62,271 bases of DNA from a virus (taxonomy: Duplodnaviria > Caudoviricetes). Positions within the stretch are counted from its first letter, which is position 1, and every line of letters starts with the position of its first letter. Shown here in pieces: positions 9,849-17,959 of this stretch. The stretch lies in the IMG/VR virus record IMGVR_UViG_3300032307_000095, positions 1-62,271 of that record. One strand, given 5' to 3'. A program made the position numbers and the translations under genes. The notes beneath the pieces are model-generated. The model searched no databases. It worked only from the letters and a program-made list of their open reading frames with translations, and was not told where the DNA came from.

Positions 9849-11491
9849 ACCTGATTCAAATCCAAGACAAGTTGAAAAGCCTGCCCAATGATCCTCGGGT
9901 CATGCAGCTACTGACGTCTTACGCCAACGGCCAGAACCCACAAGTTCCTCCGTACCTTGCCCTTGGTGAGCTGAACCGCCGCAAAGGCGAGATGGAGCGT
10001 GCGCAGATGGAGAAGGCTGGGCAACCCCCTACCGGCACAGTCAAAGACCAGATCGAGCAGCAGGCAGGCGTCATGGCTCTCCAGCAAGGGCGTCAGCAGC
10101 AGGCCATGCAGAACATGATGCGCCAAGGTATGGCTGCTCCAACCCCCGTGCCTCAAGGCATTGCTCAACCACAACCCCAAGCACAGGCTATGGCCGCTGG
10201 GGGTCTCGCTTCTTTGCGCCCCGGCTATCGCTCAGGCGGCGTGATTGCATTCAGAGAGGGAGACTTGGTTGACCCAGAAGACGATGACGATGACGACGAA
10301 AAGTTGGTTGATGAGCTAAAGACAACCGAAAAAGAAGCTGCACCAACAGCTTTAGCCGGGGGTCCAGTCGACGCAGAGGCTGAGTTGGCTCGGTTGTTGC
10401 GGTTGCGCGAGGCGCGCTCTGGCGCGAAACCGGCTTCCATGATGTCTCTGGCCGATAGACGAAATATGATGGCAGAGAAAGACCCAGAGCGCTACGGCAT
10501 TCTGAACACTCCAATCGGTCGGGATGCAATCCAGCGCCTGCAAGACTTGCAACGCGCACAGCGTTCGGAGTTTGCTACCCAACGAGAGGAGCTTGCCAAG
10601 TCCAAGCCCGGCGTCTTGCAGTTGCTCGGCCAAGCGGCTATGGGCACTCGCGGTCAAAAGGGCGGCAGCGCTCTGGCTTCCATCCTCGGCGGTTATTCTG
10701 AGTTGGCTTCCGGTGCAGATGCCAAGCAGTTGCAGCAAGAGCAGGCTTTGCGCATGAAAGAGCTTGAGCTTCAAAAGGTTGAGGCGGAAGCGCGTAACAA
10801 AATTGATGAGATTAAGCAAGCTCGTGCGGACGGCGATCTTGCCAAGGAAGAAAAGCGTGAGATGGAATTGGCGAAGCTCGCCAAAGACTACAACATCTCT
10901 GAGAACTCTGCGCTCGGCAGACAGATTGCCGCTATCAGTTCTATTGTGGCTGGGGATCGGAAATCCAAGATTGCCGCAAAAGCAAGAGTGGATGCCGCTA
11001 GGCTCAACAAAGACAAGCCCGACAAGCCAACCGATTTGGGCAACATGATCCAAATCCAATTCGACGCGCTGGTAGCCAACGGGGCCGACCCCAAAGACCC
11101 AAACACAAGGCGGATTGCTGCTGATAACGCTACACGGGCTTTGAGCAAGTCGGCTGGCACTACTCGTGCTGAAACAGATGCAATCGACAAAGCCAACACT
11201 GCGTTTGAAAACAAAGTCCTGATGGACCGCAATCTGCGTAAACTGCGCACAACAGACCCCGCAGCGTACGAAACACGACTCGAAGAAATCCGCAAGGAAG
11301 TCGAGACGCAGTACAAAGTCCGTCCTGATGCAGCCGCCGCCCCCGCTACTGGTGGCGCACCCGCAAAACCTGCCGCAGCTCCTACTTCGTCCCCGCCAGT
11401 TAGCCTTCTGAAAGAAGGTGTTGAAACTAAGTTCAAAAACGGGCAAACTTGGACTCTTAAAAACGGCAAACCTGTACAGGTAGTGAAGTAA
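9845..11491 (+). CDS. Putative internal virion/ejection protein (coiled coil)
   Basis: 548 aa helical protein, MAAGG and YRSGG motifs, acidic tract. Confidence 0.6.
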   Translation: MNLIQIQDKLKSLPNDPRVMQLLTSYANGQNPQVPPYLALGELNRRKGEMERAQMEKAGQPPTGTVKDQIEQQAGVMALQQGRQQQAMQNMMRQGMAAPTPVPQGIAQPQPQAQAMAAGGLASLRPGYRSGGVIAFREGDLVDPEDDDDDDEKLVDELKTTEKEAAPTALAGGPVDAEAELARLLRLREARSGAKPASMMSLADRRNMMAEKDPERYGILNTPIGRDAIQRLQDLQRAQRSEFATQREELAKSKPGVLQLLGQAAMGTRGQKGGSALASILGGYSELASGADAKQLQQEQALRMKELELQKVEAEARNKIDEIKQARADGDLAKEEKREMELAKLAKDYNISENSALGRQIAAISSIVAGDRKSKIAAKARVDAARLNKDKPDKPTDLGNMIQIQFDALVANGADPKDPNTRRIAADNATRALSKSAGTTRAETDAIDKANTAFENKVLMDRNLRKLRTTDPAAYETRLEEIRKEVETQYKVRPDAAAAPATGGAPAKPAAAPTSSPPVSLLKEGVETKFKNGQTWTLKNGKPVQVVK

Positions 11492-11492
11492 C

Positions 11493-14400
11493 ATGGCAAA
11501 AGACGAATGGTCGGTTGTTTCCGAAACTCCAGTCGGTGCAACCGATAATTCGGGTTGGGAGGTCGCGTCCGAGACCCCTATTGCCGCGCCCGAAGAGAAG
11601 CCGGGGTTTTTCGGGCAGTTGAAAAAGTCCTTTATGGACGTCGGCATCCCCCAAGCGCAGGCGGGCTTGCAGGGCCTCACGGTGGTTGCGCAGGGCAACC
11701 AGATTGCAAAGACTGCCGACCGACTCAAAGCACTCGAGGCCAAAGGCGAAGGCGAGTCCAGAGAAGCGCAGGGCTTGCGCAAGACGCTTGACTTCTACAC
11801 CAACCGACAAGGCACGTATTTCAAAGACTTGGCGGCAAAGCAAAAAGAACTGCAGGGGGCTCCAACCTATTCGGGCGTTCGCGATCTGAGCGAAGCCAAG
11901 ACCTTTTCAGAAGGCTTCAAAACTTTCGCCAAAGACCCAGTAAACATTGTTGCCAACCTCACGGCGCAGTCATTGCCGACGGCAGTTCCCGGCTTGATCG
12001 CTGGCGTTATAAACCCCGCACTTGGGGCGGCTGTGTTAGGTGGTAGCTCGTTCGGTGTCGAGTTTGGTAACTCCTTTCTGGAGTTCGCAAGAGACAACGG
12101 GATCGACACAACCGACCCCAAGCAAATGGCTGCGCTGTTTGAAAACAAAGAGCTGCTGCGCGAGGGCGTGAATAAAGCGGGTACACGAGCGGGCATCATC
12201 GGTGCAGGGGACTTGTTCTTGGGTGGGCTAGCCAGCAAGACTCTGGTGCCGAAACGAATCACGGGCCCCGTAGCTAAGAACGTTACTAACATCGGTGCGC
12301 AAGTTGGCGCTCAGGCAGTTGGCGGTGGCGGGTTCGAGGCTGCTGCACAAGTGGCAACCGAAGGGAAAGTTAGTAAGCCCGGAGAAATCTTGGCCGAAGC
12401 CTTCGGCGGTCTTGGCACTGCGCCCTTAGAGGTCTATACGCAAACGCGTGCAGCGGCTCGCGACGCAAAGAAAGCACAGCCTGCGGAAACCAAAGAGCGG
12501 GTTGAGCCCGAGATGGGCGACTGGGAAGTCGAAGCAGAAACACCCACCGCCGAGACCCGCACCGCCGAGCTGACCGAGAAGTACCGTGGCATGGGCATGA
12601 TGAAGGACGACGCCGAGATGCTGGCGCGTCGGACTGTTGCCGAGCAAGATGCAGAAGCCGCAAAAGCAGCCGAAGCTGAGGCCGAGTTTGTCGTGGATGA
12701 AACACCTGCCGAAACAACCGTTGCTCCTACTGTAGAACCCACGGATGTTGAAGCGGCACCGACACTGGAGTCGCTCACTGCCGAGCTCGTTGACCAAGGC
12801 TTGCCGGAAGAAGAAGCGCGTGTGTTGGCCCAGATGCGTCTCGACAGAGAAAAGCCCGTCATCACGCAGCCAGTGCAGGCTCCGTCGGCGATCATTAGCC
12901 GCGAGGCCCCTCCGACACTGGAGTCCCTCACCACAGAATTTATCGACCAAGGGCTGACCGAGGACGAAGCTCGCGTTCAGGCTCAACTATTTTTGGATCG
13001 GAGCAAGAGTGCGCCAACTGAAGGGAGACAAGATGTTGCAAGACCTGACACAGAGCCAAGTGGAGTCAGCACTACAGTATCTGCACCTGCAGCCGACGAG
13101 CTTTCCACCGCCGAACGACCTGAAGGGGCTCAACGAGATGGAGTGGTTCCTGCTCGACAGGATGCTGGAGTCGTTGCTGAAAGAGAAGGAACACAGCCAA
13201 GTGCAGTGACCGAAGCTGAAGCCGAGCGGATTAAAGCGGAAGACGAGCAAAATGCGGCGTACGAAGCCAAGAAGGCCAAAGCCCAAGATATTGCTCGTAG
13301 GAACGCAAGCACTGCGTTTGATCAAGTGGGTGAGTACGCTGATCTCGATGAAGCGCTAGATTCGTACCGCACAAACATGGCAGACACTCTGGCGGAAGAA
13401 GGGCTCAGAACCGACCCCGACTACGACAGTCTGCTCAACGCTGCAAACCGCGCATTTGACGCCGAAGTTAACAAGCAAAGAGGAACCACGACCGATGGCA
13501 CTGCGACCACTGAAACCGTCCAAGCAAAAGAAGAAGGACAAGAAGCACCAGCAACCAAGCGAGGCCGTCCGATAACGCTCACGCCCGAGCAAAAGGCTCA
13601 GCGAGACAAAGAGCGCAAAGAGGACCGAGCCTCTCGTGGTCGGCACGAGCGTGCGGTAAACAAAGCAGAGGCGTCTCTGCAAAAAGCCCTAGCTCCGCTG
13701 GACGAAGGCGAGTTTGCCAACGAGGCCGAACTCAAAGAGGCTCAGGATGACCAGCGTGCCGAGCGCCGCAACGCGGTCAAAGAACTCCTGCGCGTGTCTG
13801 AGGAGTCCGGGCTCAAGCCAGAGGGCAAGCGTGCACGCAAGATTCTCAAGGATGCCAACATCCCTCAGACCGAGATCGACGACATCAAGCGTGGGCTAGC
13901 TCGCGCCAAGAAAGCACTCTCGGACAAGACCAACTTGCTGGGCCCAGTATCTTCTACTGAGCGCAAGGGCGCAGCGGTTACCAAAGCAGACCCAGCCTTC
14001 GGCGCGTTCAAGACGGGCGCACAGGCCATCGGCCACATCATCAAGACTGGCACCCGGTTCCAGAAAGCCGTCGCCCAGCGCCTGCGCAATTTTGTGCGTG
14101 ACGTTGATTTCGTTGTGCTTGAGCAAGATTCTGAAATCCCTGCGCAGCTTCAACAAGCCAAATACGCACCCCAGTGGGAACGGTCACGCGCTCTGTATAT
14201 CGAGAATTTCAAGACCGGCAAGCGCGTGGTCTACGTGCGCGGTGCATCCTTCGGCAACTCCCAAGGGGTGAACAACGTCACTGTGCTGCACGAGCTGCTG
14301 CACGCCGCCACGGTCAAGAAGATCGCACTGGCGCAGGAATACATCAACAAGGGCATCAACCTCAACACTCCACTGGTACGTGCGTATCAGGACCTGCTCG

Positions 14401-17400
14401 ACACCATGCGGGCAGCGCAGGACCGCCTGATTGAGATGAGCGACAACGGTGAGGTAACCGACGCGCTTGCTGATTTGTACGAGAGCACAGACGGCGAGAT
14501 CGTTGCAGACCCCCGCGAGTTCTTGGCGTATGGCATGTCGGACGAGCAGTTCCAAGAGTTCCTCATGTCTGCTGAGGGCGTGCAGGAAGACACATCGTTC
14601 TTCACACGTTTCGTGGACTCCATCCGCCGCATGTTCGGCATGGACGACTCGGACATCAACGCCCTGTCTGACCTCATCATCGCCACTGACTCCTTGCTCA
14701 CTTCCCGTGTCCCTCGCGGCGAGAGCCTGCCCGGCACTGGGTTGCTGTCGCAGGTCAAGAAAAAGTCGGTCAAGATTTCCGCAGCCGAGCGCAAGCTCAT
14801 GCGCAGCAGGGACGCACAGGAAGTCGCCGAAGACATCGGCATCCTCACCACACTGCGCGACCCCCAGTTGTTTGTGGATACGCTTGGCGCTCTATGGGCT
14901 ACGGCTAACACCACCAAGCTGAAGGCACTCCTGCCTGCAATCCAGACCAGTAACTTGGTGGAGTGGGCACAAAATTTAGGTATCCCCGAGCTGGGCCGTA
15001 CTTGGCGCATGAGCCAAGACATGAGCGCGATGCGCAACAAGATGCTGTCTGCGTCTTCTGACGTAGTGCAGGAGTGGCTGAAGATTCAACCCGGCGTGGT
15101 CGGCAAGCTGCGCGGCAAGAAGAACGAGCTGACTGCACTGGCTGATGTCATGCACTACTCGACCGACCAGCGGATCGACCCAACCAAGAGCACCAAGGAC
15201 CCAGTGCTCAACAAGATGTGGAAGGCTTTGAGCCCACAAGCTCAGAAGGTTTACGCTGAAGTCCGTGATTTCTACCAAGCGCAGTACGACTTGTACCGTG
15301 GCTTGCTCGACGCCCGTATTGCCGAGTCTAGTATCCCCGGCGAAGTTGACGACCCAGACACACCCAAGGGTCAGTTGATGGCGGAGATCAAGAAGGCGTA
15401 CGAGAACGGCAAGGGCATGGCCCCGTACTTCCCACTGATGCGCTACGGTAACTTCTGGGTGCGCGTCGGCAGCGGCAAGTCCAAAGAGTTTTACATGTTC
15501 GAGAGCCAAGTGGCTCGGGAGCTGTTCATCAAGAAGCGCGTGCGTCAGTTGCAAGCCGCTGGAGATAGCCGCACCGAGGCGCAGATGCGTGAAGACCAAG
15601 ACCTCGACAGCGGTAACGAGCTGTCCGGCCTGCGCAAGTCCAGCATCGAGAACAGCACCATGCTCAAGAACATCTTTGAGCTGCTCGACGTGCCCGGAGC
15701 CAACCAAGACATTGAGGCGCTCAAGGACCAGATTTACCAGTTGTATCTGACCACGATGCCAGAGAACAACTTCCGCAGGCAGTTCATCCACCGCAAGGGT
15801 ACTGCTGGTTTCTCCGGTGACGCACTGCGCAACTTCATCACGTCGTCCGTGAACATGGCGAACCAGTTGTCGCGGATCAAGTACGGCTACCAGATGCTCA
15901 ACTCTATCGACACTGCACAAGCGTCGCTAGATGGAAACCCAGACAAGCCACGGCTGGAGATGCTGGTCAAGGAGATGGGCAAGCGCGTGGAGCTGGACGT
16001 GTACCCGGAGGTGGACAGCCCGTTCTTGAACAACGCAGCCAACTTCTTGAACAAGTCGGCGTTCCTGTACTTCATGACCTCGGTGAAGACTGCCCTTGTG
16101 CAGCTCTCGTCGCTGCCTATCTTCGGTGCGCCAGTGCTCATGTCTCGACACAACCCGCTGCAGGTGGTCAAGGAGATGGGCCGCTTCATGCTGGTCTACA
16201 ACCAATTCGGTGTGGTCAAGGACGGCAAGCTGGTGATGCCGACTATCGAGGCATCCAAAGAGATCAACATGAACGCAGACGAGCGTGCGGCTATCGAGGC
16301 TATGCACGATCGGGGTATCGCGGAAGTCACGCTGACGTACGACTTGATGGACCGCCAAGATAAGCCGACTACCAAGTACACCAGTGCGTTCAACACTGGA
16401 ACCAACTTGATGGGCGCACTGTTCCATCACACCGAGCGTCTCAACCGCGAGATCATGTTCATGTCTTCGTTCCGCTTGAGCCGCAACGAGGGGATGAGTG
16501 TTGAGGATGCCATCGAGCAAGCGGTTAGCGATACGTATGCAGCCCTTGGTAACTTCACCGCTCAGAACCGCCCCCGTGTCATGCGAGCCCCTGCTGGGCG
16601 CGTGCTGCTGCAGTTCAAGATGTTCCCGATGTTCCTAACTACCTACCTGTTGCGCAACGGGTATCGTGCTACTGCCGGTATGGACGCAGCCACAAAGAAG
16701 GAAGCGCGGATTCAGTTGCTCGGCACGCTGGGCATGTCACTGTTGCTTGCAGGTTACGTCGGTGTCCCCGGTGCAAGCATGGCGCTCGGCGCAGCTCAGG
16801 CGTTTATCAACGCAATGCGAGATGAAGAGGACGAGGAAGACGATCCGCTGGAGAAGCGCGACTTGGAGTTTTGGTTCCGGTCGGTGTACTTGCCCAACCT
16901 GTTCGGTGATGTGAAGATCGGCGATCAAAAGCTCGGCGAGGTTATTGAGGCAGGTGGTCTGGATTCGCTCACTGGGTACGACATGTCCAGCAGTTTGTCC
17001 ATGAACAACATGTGGATGCCCGAGCTCAAAGAGCAGCGCACTGCGCAAGCCACAATGATGGACTACGCCATGTCTCTCTTGGGGCCAAGCGCAAGTTTGT
17101 ACCTCAAGCAGTTCCCTGCAGCCTACGATGACTTTGCCGCTGGTAAGACTATGCAAGGGTTTGAGAAGCTGCTGCCAGCGTTGTTCCGACAGCCTCTCAC
17201 TTCGTATCGGTACTCGCAAGAAGGCGCACGTACAGCTACTGGGGCCGTGCTCAAGGAAGCCGACGAGTTCACAAATGGACAGCTCGTTGCTCAGGCTTTG
17301 GGTTTCCGCACCGAGGGTCTGGCTGCTGTGCAAGAAGCAAACTTCAAAGCCGAGGCGATTCGCCAGAAGGTTGTGCAGGAAAAGGGCAAAGTACGCGCCC

Positions 17401-17660
17401 GCCTAGACCGCGAGCTTGAGCTGGGTTCCGACGAGGGTGTGGATGACGCGATGGAGAATCTGCTGAAGTTCAACGCCAAGAATCCGCAGTCGGCGATCAA
17501 AGCCAGCGAGCTGCCCAAGCAGTTGCTCAACCGGGCCAAGCAGCGTGCGATGTCGGACCGTGGGTTCAAGGTGGACAAGGACATGTACCCCTACCTTGCC
17601 GAGCTGCTCGACTTGTCACGCGAGAAGATTGAGCGGGAAGCTGCCAAGCCCGAGGAATAA
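11493..17660 (+). CDS. Giant ejection/polyvalent-type protein with a zincin HExxH domain
   Basis: 2055 aa; HELLH with downstream EFLAYG; last gene of the late arm. Confidence 0.7.
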   Translation: MAKDEWSVVSETPVGATDNSGWEVASETPIAAPEEKPGFFGQLKKSFMDVGIPQAQAGLQGLTVVAQGNQIAKTADRLKALEAKGEGESREAQGLRKTLDFYTNRQGTYFKDLAAKQKELQGAPTYSGVRDLSEAKTFSEGFKTFAKDPVNIVANLTAQSLPTAVPGLIAGVINPALGAAVLGGSSFGVEFGNSFLEFARDNGIDTTDPKQMAALFENKELLREGVNKAGTRAGIIGAGDLFLGGLASKTLVPKRITGPVAKNVTNIGAQVGAQAVGGGGFEAAAQVATEGKVSKPGEILAEAFGGLGTAPLEVYTQTRAAARDAKKAQPAETKERVEPEMGDWEVEAETPTAETRTAELTEKYRGMGMMKDDAEMLARRTVAEQDAEAAKAAEAEAEFVVDETPAETTVAPTVEPTDVEAAPTLESLTAELVDQGLPEEEARVLAQMRLDREKPVITQPVQAPSAIISREAPPTLESLTTEFIDQGLTEDEARVQAQLFLDRSKSAPTEGRQDVARPDTEPSGVSTTVSAPAADELSTAERPEGAQRDGVVPARQDAGVVAEREGTQPSAVTEAEAERIKAEDEQNAAYEAKKAKAQDIARRNASTAFDQVGEYADLDEALDSYRTNMADTLAEEGLRTDPDYDSLLNAANRAFDAEVNKQRGTTTDGTATTETVQAKEEGQEAPATKRGRPITLTPEQKAQRDKERKEDRASRGRHERAVNKAEASLQKALAPLDEGEFANEAELKEAQDDQRAERRNAVKELLRVSEESGLKPEGKRARKILKDANIPQTEIDDIKRGLARAKKALSDKTNLLGPVSSTERKGAAVTKADPAFGAFKTGAQAIGHIIKTGTRFQKAVAQRLRNFVRDVDFVVLEQDSEIPAQLQQAKYAPQWERSRALYIENFKTGKRVVYVRGASFGNSQGVNNVTVLHELLHAATVKKIALAQEYINKGINLNTPLVRAYQDLLDTMRAAQDRLIEMSDNGEVTDALADLYESTDGEIVADPREFLAYGMSDEQFQEFLMSAEGVQEDTSFFTRFVDSIRRMFGMDDSDINALSDLIIATDSLLTSRVPRGESLPGTGLLSQVKKKSVKISAAERKLMRSRDAQEVAEDIGILTTLRDPQLFVDTLGALWATANTTKLKALLPAIQTSNLVEWAQNLGIPELGRTWRMSQDMSAMRNKMLSASSDVVQEWLKIQPGVVGKLRGKKNELTALADVMHYSTDQRIDPTKSTKDPVLNKMWKALSPQAQKVYAEVRDFYQAQYDLYRGLLDARIAESSIPGEVDDPDTPKGQLMAEIKKAYENGKGMAPYFPLMRYGNFWVRVGSGKSKEFYMFESQVARELFIKKRVRQLQAAGDSRTEAQMREDQDLDSGNELSGLRKSSIENSTMLKNIFELLDVPGANQDIEALKDQIYQLYLTTMPENNFRRQFIHRKGTAGFSGDALRNFITSSVNMANQLSRIKYGYQMLNSIDTAQASLDGNPDKPRLEMLVKEMGKRVELDVYPEVDSPFLNNAANFLNKSAFLYFMTSVKTALVQLSSLPIFGAPVLMSRHNPLQVVKEMGRFMLVYNQFGVVKDGKLVMPTIEASKEINMNADERAAIEAMHDRGIAEVTLTYDLMDRQDKPTTKYTSAFNTGTNLMGALFHHTERLNREIMFMSSFRLSRNEGMSVEDAIEQAVSDTYAALGNFTAQNRPRVMRAPAGRVLLQFKMFPMFLTTYLLRNGYRATAGMDAATKKEARIQLLGTLGMSLLLAGYVGVPGASMALGAAQAFINAMRDEEDEEDDPLEKRDLEFWFRSVYLPNLFGDVKIGDQKLGEVIEAGGLDSLTGYDMSSSLSMNNMWMPELKEQRTAQATMMDYAMSLLGPSASLYLKQFPAAYDDFAAGKTMQGFEKLLPALFRQPLTSYRYSQEGARTATGAVLKEADEFTNGQLVAQALGFRTEGLAAVQEANFKAEAIRQKVVQEKGKVRARLDRELELGSDEGVDDAMENLLKFNAKNPQSAIKASELPKQLLNRAKQRAMSDRGFKVDKDMYPYLAELLDLSREKIEREAAKPEE
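13033..13209 (+). CDS. Candidate overprinted 58-aa protein in the +1 frame of the giant gene
   Basis: AGGGAG 5 nt before the ATG; amphipathic helical product (LNEMEWFLLDRMLESLLKEKE), while the host frame here is a disordered linker. Confidence 0.5.
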   Translation: MLQDLTQSQVESALQYLHLQPTSFPPPNDLKGLNEMEWFLLDRMLESLLKEKEHSQVQ

Positions 17661-17684
17661 AAAACCCCCGGACTTGCCGGGGGT
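17659..17684. terminator. Intrinsic terminator at the convergence of the two arms
   Basis: ACCCCCGG-acttg-CCGGGGGT stem with a preceding A-run (U-tract on the minus strand). Confidence 0.75.
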
Positions 17685-17764
17685 GAAGGGGAGTTTCCAG
17701 CGGAAGGAGCTAACTTCGTCGGAAGTGTTGGCAACTGCGATGTAACCAACAAAAATAGTGTAGC

Positions 17765-17959
17765 TCAAACGCGCCACACCCGCAATCCCTTCACGCCGTC
17801 CTCAACTACCACCTTCGTTACTACCTCCATGCGTAGGCGTTTGACTACGCGAGCAACTGTTGCGCGAGCTGCCACGGTGTCGATGCAGGGGACAAAGAAC
17901 GATCGCCCCCTGCGGAACTTCTGCCAGTTAATTTGATACGTCACTGTCTCGATCTTCAT
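17765..17959 (-). CDS. Small hypothetical protein
   Basis: Overlaps the end of the primase gene; compact 64-aa ORF ending GLRVWRV. Confidence 0.65.
   Translation of the reverse strand: MKIETVTYQINWQKFRRGRSFFVPCIDTVAARATVARVVKRLRMEVVTKVVVEDGVKGLRVWRV

Noticed and set aside
10352-11782. Long antisense ORFs (also 8217-9248, 14976-15920, 48412-49419, 50362-51285)
   Set aside because: They shadow well-supported genes on the opposite strand and lack recognisable motifs, as is typical in GC-rich coding DNA.
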